DNA of 64,000 nt from Lingula anatina. Lineage: Eukaryota; Animalia; Brachiopoda. Under the pieces are notes generated by a model, which saw only the letters and a program-made list of their open reading frames with translations, did not search any database and was not told where the DNA came from. Positions 1 to 11,110 of the stretch are shown piece by piece (within the stretch, counting starts at the first letter, position 1; each line of letters opens with the position of its first letter). The stretch lies in assembly GCA_051362555.1 (NCBI GenBank), contig CM120644.1, positions 7,448,954 through 7,512,953 on the forward strand, read 5' to 3'. A program made the position numbers and the translations under genes.

Positions 1-3000
1 TAAAAGAGCATGGGCAGGATGTTTTGGTATTGGAGAAGATTCCAACCAAACAGCCAGGGCAGCAGACTACCTCAGGGCAAACTCATTACAAGTAAGTACC
101 TAATACTTGTACTAATACTGCAATACCTTATGCTGTGATAGGATATTCTGAAGACACTAATGATCTTCTGATGCAGGCCCATAGACAGGGGGGTTCGAAA
201 GAACCCACTTTTTGGCCGGAAAAGGTCCTCTTTGGATAAAATTTTATATAGGTTCATGAATGTATCATGATTAAAGGTCCACTTTTTCAGAAAAAGAACC
301 CCCCTTTTGAAATTGCTGGCAAAGGGCCTGCACTGATAATAAATGATCTTGCACAATGTGAAATACACAATTACAAGCTGATTAATATAGTGACAGTTTA
401 TGTGCATCAGGATTCACTCTTGTTTATTTCAGATACTCTGTGATGGCAGGAACACCCGAAAAGATGTTGGAATACCTTCTAGAGACCATAGAAAGCAAAC
501 ATGAAAATGTTTCAGGTAAATTGGATGTGTAATTTATCACACTGCCACATCTCTTTTACCATATTGTAACTTATATCTGTGATGGTGACTTTTTTTTAGA
601 AAATCTGCTTTAATGATGTAAGAGATACTGATTGAGGTAATGTGAATGAGAAATAAAGAAAATGGATTTTTTATCAGTGTAAATTTCCTTTTCTAATATA
701 AAGATCACACAAAAGCAAACATATTTAGGTAGTATAGAACCCTTGAGTTTAAAAAATTATATTGATAACTTATTTAAACTGTTCTGTTACTGATATGTTG
801 GTCTGTACATTTGACAGCTTTGCTGGCTTGTTTTTTCAGATACATTTCTGGAGGATTTCCTGCTGACCCATATCATCTTTATGCCCAGCAATCATCTGTG
901 TCCTGCCTTGCTTATGCAATATCCTTGCCATGGATCACATTGTGATGCCACAACCAACACAATCACACCTAACACATTTACCACAAACAATCACATTCTG
1001 TCACAATCAATACAGTCACACCTGACACATTCAACACAAACTTCACATTCTAATGTCACAATAGACACAGTCACAACTAATACAGTCACCACTCCCATAG
1101 CTATAGTGCTCTTTTTAAGTATGGTAAATGTGGTACTAACAATGTAATTTTATCCTGTTGCAACTCACACAACTTTTCTTTCTTACACATTTCATTTAGA
1201 CAATGCAAAAATGGTTCGTTGGTATATTTTTTCCAATGCAATGAGCTGAGTTTCAATCAACACATTCACAGTGCGCAAGTATAATAGCATTAGCTTACCA
1301 ACATGCCTTTCCTGGTTATGCCTTGAGTCAATATATTTTTCTTAACTGGCCCACCTATAATGCTGAAGGAGCCAATGGCAACTCAGAACAGGAATCACCT
1401 GACCTGATGCTAGCCAATAAGAAAAGAGTTGTCAAGTTTGTGCAGGAATGGCAAAACGTGGCTGGAAGTGTATTCTTTGAAGATGCGACAGTCACTGCTT
1501 TCCTGGAAGAGATGAGAGTGGCAGTGAACGAAGACTCTGGATTCTTTGATTCTCTGAAAGAAGAGGCTAATACTATAAAGCAAATACAACATAGACAGCA
1601 GTAAGTACCATTTTTTGGAAGGGAGCAGTTGGATTAAACAGTTCAGAAAGTAGTAACAAAATTGTTTGTACATTGTATGATAAGAAAATTTATATTACTA
1701 ACAAAATGTAAAACAAAAAACATATAACAAAAATCCCAATTGACAGTGTTGATCCTTATCTTCTGTTGTCTTTTGTAGGCATCTATCACAAATAATTATA
1801 TGTACATTTTTATTTTATTCCTTAGCCTGTAGAACTAAGAGAGACATTGCATCTGTTATTTCTCTTATCATGATAATATATATATATAATTTGTGTATAA
1901 TATTGAAACAATACTATTTGTCCACCATTTCAGAGGACATCTGAACAGTCTCCACCCCAAGAGAGTCAGCCTTCCCGACTCTTGTTCTTCAGACCCACAA
2001 GCTTCTCCTAGCCGCTCTCCGCACCCTTCACCATCACGGTCACCATTACTACAAAGGTTCACGCGGAGAGGGAGCAACTTCGAGACTGTCATTGATGACA
2101 AAGTTCAACCACTGAGAGCAATTGATGAAAGTAAGGCAACTTTCACATTGAGCAGAAAAGTTTTCTGTATTGCATCGGTTTGGTATTAGCATGGAATTGT
2201 GCTCTGGGAAGGAGGTGTTTTCAACCACTGATGGTAGTAATTAAGGCAGCATTCACAATGAACAGTATAGTTGACTTTTGCACCTGCTTGACTGACATAG
2301 TGTGTAATTTTCCTAGTGTCATCCTCTTGACTTCTGTTATACTTTTTCATGCCCATTTTTGTATGTTGGTCTTCCATCCAAACCCAACCTGCCACATTTT
2401 CTCTTCATCAGGATATCACTTCCCTGTCCCATTTCAGATATCTTCAAGATCTACTGTGCAGACCACACCTACACTACTCTGAGACAGAGGATGGGGGCCA
2501 GTGTAGCAGAGGTGCTGCAGAACGCTGCCAACAAATTGTGCCTTGGAAACGACCTCTTGCTCTGTGAGGTCAAAAGTAATGGAGGTTGGTTGATTTTCAA
2601 ATTACTTTCAGTAGGGTCAAAGGATATTTGTCTAGAAATTAGAATTTTGTAGAAGTATTAATGTGTTAGGTGTAACAGCATGGTGGAGATTGTGCTGTTG
2701 CTACATTGGAGACAGTTTTGAGTATTGGAAATAACATGTTTTTCAAAAATAAAATATTATAATATCTATGCTTTTTAGTGAAAAGGAAATTGCCTGTGGT
2801 GACTTGGTGAAATGTCAATTAAGTGGCCTCTACCTGATCTGAAACTGTACAACTTATGCTGTTTAATTGGACTAATGAGTACTTTCAGAGAGGGTAATAT
2901 TCAGTGAAGATGACCTGTGTGTTACCACAGGACTGAGTGTTAATGGAAGGTTGTTCATTGTGCCAAAAGAACACCTGGATGCACTGGTAAACATGATGGC

Positions 3001-6000
3001 ACTGTTTTCCTGCACACCTTACACACTATCACATCTAACACACTGACATGCATAGAATACTGTCACATCTGACACAGCTGTCACACTTAACACAATGCCA
3101 CATTTGACATACAGGTGATCTCAATAAATTTTTTCACATAAACACTCAAAATCATGCACCTCTCGATCATTATTTATTTCTGTATTCCTTTCTTAGCCTT
3201 TCTTATGGACTTTTAAGCAAGGTATATTTAAATAATTTATTTATTTGCATGAGAAAAGAATATTTTGTAATTATAGTTTGTGAAATACAAAAGAAGATAC
3301 AAACTGGATTTGAGGATTTTACAATAATGCAAGCAGTTGAAATAGTTTATTATGTATATTTCTGTTTACCAGACTCCACTGCCAGAACAAGACGGCCCTA
3401 CTGAGAACACATATGCCACATTTGAAATCATGGGCTCTAAGGACATCGCCTATCACCTCACTATGTACGACTGGGAGCTACTCAACACTATGCATGAGGT
3501 AATGTACAAGACTCCAGCCAGGAATTTGCTTTGTCACAAACTGCAAAATTAATTACAAAAGATATTTCAATAGACTGTTGACCTTCTTCATCTGAGTGAC
3601 AAATGGTATATCTTGTAACATATAATTGAAGTTGCAATTAGACAAAGGACCCCTCCCTGCCACATAATGAAGTATCTTCACGCCTCTGTGGAAGCATCGA
3701 AGGTTTAACACATATGAGAGCAAACTGTAATAATATAACGTAATTTTCAGGTGCATGTGTTGTTTATTGCACTCTCATATGTCATGAAATATGTCAACGG
3801 CCTCTCAAGGCGCCATTCTGTTCACGCCCAAAATCCACACCTCATCCTTTATTATCTAACACTTCATAAAATCTATCTGCAGTACACTGCATAACTCCAA
3901 TTATCATGTATCTCAATCATTTCTTATGGAAAATTTTTCTTTTTTTTTTTTTTCTTGAACTGAGCTGACATTAAAATGAACATGCTTCATGTTACTGGAA
4001 CAAATTTTCTGGCCCCTAAGTTAGGCATGCAAAGTATATTCAAACCTATTAAAACCTTACCCTTTCCAACCTCTCACTGTCACACCACTTATATACTGTT
4101 CCATCTGTTTTCAGTATGAGATGATCTACCTCATTTTTGGTCGCAGTAAATTCCAGAGAATCTCAGCTAATTTCGACCGCTTTCTGCAGAGGTTTAACGT
4201 AGTGCAGTACTGGGTGCTGACAGAGATGTGCCTCACGCCTAATCTGGGGAAGAGAGTTCAGATGCTGAAGAAGTTTATTAAGATTGCAGAGTAGTAAGTA
4301 TTTACGAACAATATAAGATGAAATTCTGATTATCAAAATATACATAATAGTATTGCTATGTAGTTAAGATATGTGTCTTTTTCTTAAGTTTCCCATACTT
4401 ATTTAGTGTGAGGCTGTTAATTTAGTTACACTACTGATTCTAGTGGAATCAGATATGAACATTTTTGAATGTATCTTTAAGGAGGATGCATACAGAAGCT
4501 TCTGTTGTAAGTTCCTTTATTGCCATATGTTGCGCCTTGCACATGAACATCAACTTCTTTATATATTGCTTGAATTAAAATTTCTTTTCTTAAGCTGCCT
4601 TGAGTACCAGAACTTGAATTCCTTCTTTGCCATAGTAATGGGACTGAGCAATCTGGCTGTGAGCAGACTGTCCCAGACCTGGGAGGTGAGAAACAACTAA
4701 CACAATTTTTATCTCAGCTAACATAATAATAATCTCAACTAGCACAATCATTGTCTCAACTAACACAATTGCTGTCTCACCTTTCACAACTTTTATCTCA
4801 ATTAACACAATCACTGCCTCTGCTAAAACAATTAATTTTACTTATTTTTCATTCTACTAAATATATACAAATTGTGAGTAAATGTTTCATGAATTTGAAA
4901 ACATTTAGCTTATTTTAATTTGATATGGTCACTGTTGTAGAATATGTGTCCTTTAAGAAAATGTATAATATCCTTTGATTTCTGTTACCCAAAAGACTAA
5001 TCTTTAAATTAATTTGTTTGGCAATAAACACACACATACATGTAGATTATGACAGCCTTCATTGTACATTTTCTAGAAACTTCCTAGCAAGATGAAGAAG
5101 TTATTTTCTGATTTTGAAAGTATGATGGACCCTTCCCGCAACCACCGTGTGTACAGGCTCACAGTGGCAAAGATGGACGCCCCATTTATTCCATTTATGC
5201 CCTTGCTCATGAAAGGTAGGCACGTGGCACGAGTGGACTTTTCAGTCTCATGTTATCATTCCAAAAACTGTAGATTTATTTCAAATTTATACAATAAAAT
5301 TTTAAAATGAAGGGGTGCAGAGCATGTATGTACGTGTATGTGCAAAAGGCAAAAAGCATTTTTGAAGGCACTATAAATTGTCATAGATTTAAGCATAAGC
5401 TCTTGTATTATTTCAACAGTAATGCATTGCAAAGTTAGGAAGGTTCAGTGCTCATTACTCACTCCATGCTGACTGGTTTTATGGCGAAGTTTTGAAATAC
5501 TTTAGCTATTTGCATGGTTTCATTGTTTGCTTTCGTTTTATTTCTGTATGACAGACATGTCTGTGTATTTCTTTCCAGATCTGACTTTCACTCATGATGG
5601 CAATAAGTCTTATTTTGATGGTTTAGTTAACTTTGAAAAGATGGTGAGTTATATTAAGCATTATGTTAAACAAATTTAAAAAGAAACAATTACATTGTTT
5701 TAGACATTAAGGACTTTAAGGAATTTTTTCATTATTTTTTCCTGAAAGCAGTCTTGAAGTTAACACAGTATGCATGAAATGTTTGAAGTGTATGATCATG
5801 CTACATGTATAATGACTTTGGTTTTTAAGTTTAGGTCTGTTGTACTATGAACTCATGGAGAATACAATTAAATATTTATGTTGTGTTTCAGCATATGGTA
5901 GCTCTGACAATGAGATCCATCAAGTTTTGCAGGAGCAAGCCTCTAGGTGAGACATTGGACTGTAGATACTGGTAAACTCAAACCTAGGTGGATTTTTTAA

Positions 6001-6518
6001 AATTAACATATTAGGCAAAACTGCCAAATTCTGAAAATATTAATTTCAAATTTTGTGAAAGCCATGGTTTGAGTTTTACAAGTGACACACACACACACAC
6101 ACACACACACACCAGTAATTTCAGAATAGTAAAAGATTCCTTCAATATAAACCTGAGTGAATAAATGATATTAATACAGTAATTTGTAATCTAAGTCCGG
6201 TGTATAAGAAAGTAATTTAGATACCTTCATTTGTTCATTGAAAGCTAATACTGTTTGTGGACTTGAAAAGATAAACAGAAAATTACGTAATATAAGTAGA
6301 TCCATGTATAATAGGTCCTATGTTATACTGATTCATGAATGCTCTGAAATCAGTAACTATTCATTTCAATTTTAATTAATATTATTTCAGAAGTGGAACC
6401 TCCTACAGTGGGAAAGAATGCTCAAGATGTCAAGAATTACGTCAGGAATATACGTGTGATAGACAACCAGAGAATATTGACTCGACTGTCACAAAGACTA
6501 GAGCCACGTAGGTCCTGA
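1..6518 (+). CDS. RAPGEF4: Rap guanine nucleotide exchange factor 4-like (Epac), 5'-truncated; covers the end of CNB, REM, RA and CDC25-homology domains
   Basis: In-frame exons: <1-91, 433-515, 840-918, 1355-1600, 1934-2130, 2438-2584, 2889-2986, 3373-3498, 4115-4293, 4595-4685, 5077-5215, 5579-5643, 5892-5946, 6391-6518 (TGA). Peptides [86 protein letters not shown] and [20 protein letters not shown] match Epac2. All introns are GT-AG except one AT-AC. Confidence 0.95.
174..330. mobile_element. Small hAT-like MITE relic in an Epac intron
   Basis: Termini CAGGCCC...GGGCCTG with G-rich and C-rich subterminal blocks (GGGGGGTTCG / GAACCCCCC). The flanking 8-mers match only partly. Confidence 0.5.
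919..1354 (+). other. U12-type (minor spliceosome) AT-AC intron in the Epac gene
   Basis: 5' end is ATATCCTTG at 919. Branch point TTTCTTAAC lies at 1338-1346 and the 3' end is CCAC (AC at 1353-1354). Splicing restores LCPALLMHYNAE, colinear with vertebrate Epac2 LCPALVAHYHAQ. Confidence 0.92.
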
Positions 6519-6638
6519 TCCAACACAGTGACATAGTTGTGGCTTTTGGTTTCTGAACCTTTCTCTGTCATCGTCATGAGAAGCGATGAGAAATTGAGGT
6601 CGTGGTTTTAAAATTGCAGAGTAAGGTGTTTTTTTGTG

Positions 6639-6840
6639 TGATCATCAAAGCCTACAGAAGGAGAGGGTCTTGACTGATCAAAAAAGACTATAGAAGATGA
6701 TTAGATGTGATCAATAAAGAGTACAGAAGACCCTGCGTGATCAAAAAAGACTACAGAAGTAGAGGATATTGTGTGATAAAAGAAACATCTTTAAACAGAA
6801 AAAGTGGATCAAATATGATCATAAAAGACTTGAGGAAGAG
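6639..6840 (+). repeat. Degenerate repeat array (core TGATCAAAAAAGACTACAGAAG) in the Epac 3' UTR
   Basis: Core copies start at 6639, 6675, 6708 and 6738, with weaker copies at 6774 and 6816. They are separated by short dissimilar linkers. Confidence 0.7.
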
Positions 6841-7469
6841 GATCTCATGTGCCCAATGAGGAAGACAGTGACAAACTTCAATCAAAGGTGCCAAGAAAGT
6901 TTTCTATTTAAACCAACAGAAGATTTGTCAGAATATCTTGTTCCTAACTTTACTCTTTGGAAAATAGTAAAATGGCTAACTTTCCAGTTATGTAATGCCA
7001 CTGAATCAACTTGTCTTCATGGTGAAGAACAAAAAGATAGGAGTTATTGAACACAGTAAGGTTACTTTATATTTTTTCTAGTAACTTAAAATTCTGCATC
7101 AGGATGTTCATACAATAAGAAATTAATTATTTAAAATTAAAGAAGTGGGTACACCCATCATGTAGTGCCAGTGTTTTTGTAAAATTCACATAAGATTAAA
7201 GGTGCCAGACATTTAAAATTGAACAACTGGTGCAGTTAGACCTGACATGATTTTATATCAGTTTGAAACACAACTGTTATCATAATATAACAAACTAGAG
7301 AAGTTGTACATATCATTTAGCTTATTGAATCTTGAGAATGAAAGAAAGTAAATGCGTGCCACATTTCAAGGATTTTGAAGTCAAATCTGTAGTTAGAAAG
7401 AATTTTACCAGGTATGTCAGGAGTAACTTGGCGTAAGGGCTTGTGTGACAGACAGCCAGAGGACATTTA

Positions 7470-10186
7470 TAGTCCGGTGGCTTAAGGAAAAAATCGTGAC
7501 ACGACGGATAAAAGCACCAAATTTTGCATGTGGGTACCTTTTGACATTCTAAATCAAATTAGAGCCGTAGCCCACGGTAAAAAATAACCGTTTGGCAAAA
7601 AATCCAAAATGGCCGCCAATTTATTGAATTCTTTAGAAATATGTATATACCTAAGTTGATTTTTATCAAATAAATTATTTTCTCAGTGTTTTCCACACCC
7701 TTATTACCCATTTTATTCATATATGTCAAATAGCAAACAAGTTCCCTTGGACTTTTTGAAAAATCCAAGATGGCTGTCATTTGCCATAGAAACAGCCATA
7801 GGAATACTAGTGATCAACTGCTAGAACGAACTATCAAATTAAGTCTGCTTCTCAGATCTTTGTTACCCACATTATATGTTTGTGGTGAGTAAGTACGAAG
7901 TGTTCTTGGGCATTTTGGAAAATCCAAGATGGCTGCCATGTGCCACAGGAATTCTAGTATACGGGGATTCAACTAATGGCAACTGGAAAGATTAATTTTT
8001 CACTATCAAATTAAGCTGGTTTCTGAGTGTTTTCCACAACCTTTCTACCCACACAATATGTATGTGGTGAGTAACTATCAGTATTCTTGGGCATTTTGAG
8101 AAAATCCAAGATGGCCGTCATATGTAATAGGTTTACATTCTAGAATTACAAAGGGTTGGAACTAGTGGCAGCTAATTCACTATCGAAATCAGTTTATTTT
8201 TTTAGTGTTTAACACATTATTATTACACTGTGATACATATCTAGCAGGTAATAAATATGCATATTTGATCATTTTGAGAAAACCCAAGATGGCCGTCACT
8301 GGCCATAGGAATACTACTGGAATTACAACTGCACATCCATGGCTTTTCATCCACTACCAGGGTGAATTTGTGTTTGCTGTTCAAGTTTAACCCATCCTTA
8401 TTAGTCTTATGATATATATCTTGTGGGTAAATAGTGTGCATCCTTGGATATTCTGAGAAAAAGATACCTATACAATTTAACACAGGAATAATAATGGGTG
8501 GGTTTCAATTGCTGCTAGGGAGGCATATGGTTCATTATACAATTACATTTCCATGGGTTTGTTTTAAAAATAATTTATGTTTTTCATTCCATTTATTATT
8601 ACCACTATGATGTATACCTGGCCTGTAGCATGTGTGTATCTTTGGGTATTCTGAAAAAATTCAAGATGTCTGCCTTTTGTCATTAGAATATTTGAACACA
8701 TAATCAAATGATGCTAGAAATACACTGAGTTGTTAACGTTGGATCTTTTTTTGATGTTTTTCATATCCTTTTTATCCTTATGAAAGGCTCTGTGTGTTTT
8801 GAAAGTTTATGATTCCTTGAGAAAACCCAAGATAGCTGCCAGTTGTCATAGGAATATATCATTCAAATGCACATAGGTGTCATTTAATAGAACAGTTCAG
8901 ACATTGATTCCAACATGAAATAGAGCCGTTTGATGTTTAAACATGTTGACATCCTTATTTACCTTACTCTTTATAAATATGGTGTGTACCAAGTGTGCAT
9001 CTTGCGTATTTGAGAAAATTCAAGATTGCTGCAATTCACAATAGGAATAGTACAGTCAACTACTGCCAGAGCGGCAAAATGAATTTTGTTTCTCTGTATT
9101 TCCCACATTCTTTTTGGACTTTAAGATATCTATCTGGTGGGTAACAAGTGTATACCCTTAAGTATTTTGAAAAAATATCATGATTACCCTCATTTGCCTT
9201 AGAAGTGCCTATAAAATCTAATGCACCAGTTTTCCTATTTTCTTGGATTTCCCCAAAATGATAAAATATGGATTTTAATTACCTAACAGAAACCGAGCAG
9301 ACAAACGACATTGATTCACCGTTGAATCAACGTTAATTTTGGTGGATCAACATTGAATCAACGTAGAATCAATGTCGTTTGCCTGCTGGGTATGTATCAT
9401 GGGATAATAATACTAAAAAACAGAATAACAACTGAATTCAGCTTCATTTCATTTGTAAGCCTATCTCTCGCAGGTATTAACTGAACCCCACCTTCTATGG
9501 CTAATGGCAGCCATTTTTTTTGTTTTGTTTTAAGAAAGGATACACATAACATTCTCATCACATATATATATATATTATGTGAATTAAAAAGATGTGGAAA
9601 ATACTCAGAAACAAACCTAATTTATCAATTAATATTATATCTCCATGGCAGAAGAAGCCCTATGTGTATACTAGTATTCCTTTGATATGGGGGCCATCTT
9701 GGATTTTCCTCGAATTGCCTGTGAATAAAGGTTAGTTTCTCACCACAAATATGTTATTTGTGTAATAAGAAACAAAATTAATTAGATAGTGGGCATACAT
9801 CTTCCTAGTTGGCATCAGTTAGTTGAAAACCCTTGTACATGTTCTAGTATTCCTATGCCATACATCAGCCATCTTGGATTTTTCAATAATAAGTCCAAGG
9901 ACACTAGTTTGGTATCTGACACATATGCATAATATGGGTAATAACGATGTGGAAAACATTAAGAAAATACTTAATTTGATAAAAATCAACATAGATATGT
10001 ATATATTTCTACAAAATTTCACAAATTGGCGGCCATTTTGGATTTTTTGGCCAAACGGTAAATTTTTTCCGTGGGCTACGACTCTAATTTGATTTAGTAT
10101 GTCAAAAGGTACCCACATGCAAAGTTTGGTGCTTTTATCCGCTGTGTCACGATTTGGCCATTTTTTTGCCCTAAGCAACCGGACTA
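7470..10186. mobile_element. Non-autonomous DNA transposon with long TIRs (Academ-like or PIF/Harbinger-like)
   Basis: Termini TAGTCCGGT...ACCGGACTA. Imperfect inverted repeats of about 300-350 bp (about 7470-7810 vs 9840-10186). TTA is duplicated at 7467-7469 and 10187-10189. The interior is made of ~160-200 bp repeats and has no transposase ORF. Confidence 0.88.
9293..9390. mobile_element. ~100-bp palindromic MITE (CCCAG-type terminus) nested in the larger element
   Basis: CCGAGCAGACAAACGACATTGATTC pairs with GAATCAATGTCGTTTGCCTGCTGGG as an inverted repeat. TTGAATCAACGT is repeated internally. Confidence 0.7.
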
Positions 10187-11110
10187 TTAAGTAAATTTTT
10201 ACAAATGTTCAAAACTCATGTAGGTCCTGATCCTGTGTTGCCATGGCAGAGTAGTTCTTATTAGAGAGCTTCAGAAGTGTTTGTCAGTTGACAAAATAAA
10301 AGTTTTATTTACATACAAAAGTTATCACTGACAGGTCTAGTTTATCAATACATTTTATTTTGTTTTATTTATTTTATTTTCTCAAGTGTATAAAAAAAAT
10401 ATAATACAGTCAGTGACAGTGTTACACACGTTACAATGCACCATAATAATATTTATGATTATAAGATGAGGCAGAATATTTTGTGTTGCAATGGATGGAG
10501 TCATCTACAAAGCATGAGGTGGTAGTGCTTACAGATGACAGGAACAAGTATGCTGGGAAACAATTAAGGGTTTTTCCAGAAATGTTTTAACAGGACCCAA
10601 TTCTGGCTGTAGAAGACTGGCACAAGCAAATGTCCGCGTCATGAAACATTTCAGATAAAATAATCCTGAAAGTAACCTCAAGTTATTATGAGGCAGTTTA
10701 AGCAATAAAAATCGTTTGTACATACTGGTTAGATATTTCTATTCAGGTATATTTTGAATTATTTTAAATTCTTCTAGCCTTTTACTAATGTGCTTTTAAA
10801 TATCTGTTTATAACAAAAAGCCAAGTGAAACAATTATTTGAATTATTATATGTTGATATTTAGAGTGTAATTTTCTTTAGTGTAAAGCGAGTTTACTGCT
10901 GCTGGAAACTTTCTGAAAATATTTGTTTTTAGTACTGCTCAGTCAGATCCCTTACTAATACCTTGTTTACATCGTGAGCCTATGTGTATGAGCCGAAGTC
11001 CTTTTTAATATCATGACAAATTTAATTTCATGGTTCAAAAAATAAATGTACAATTTGGATTTTTAAAATTGTCGCCTGTAACTATAAATATTCTTCAAAG
11101 TTTATTATTA

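Noticed and set aside
881-1147. Thr/His-rich 88-aa ORF
   Set aside because: It is read-through of an Epac exon into the U12 intron, whose CACA-rich low-complexity sequence explains the composition.
4700-4835. 21-bp periodic sequence giving an IVLVE-repeat ORF on the minus strand
   Set aside because: It is a degenerate intronic minisatellite, not a protein-coding repeat.
6639-6840. CRISPR-like repeat/spacer array
   Set aside because: Linkers are only 7-13 nt, the repeats are degenerate, and the array lies in an animal 3' UTR.
7559-10178. Mutually similar ORFs at 7559-7780, 9819-10178 and 9823-10092
   Set aside because: They are translations of the transposon's inverted repeats and have no transposase motifs.
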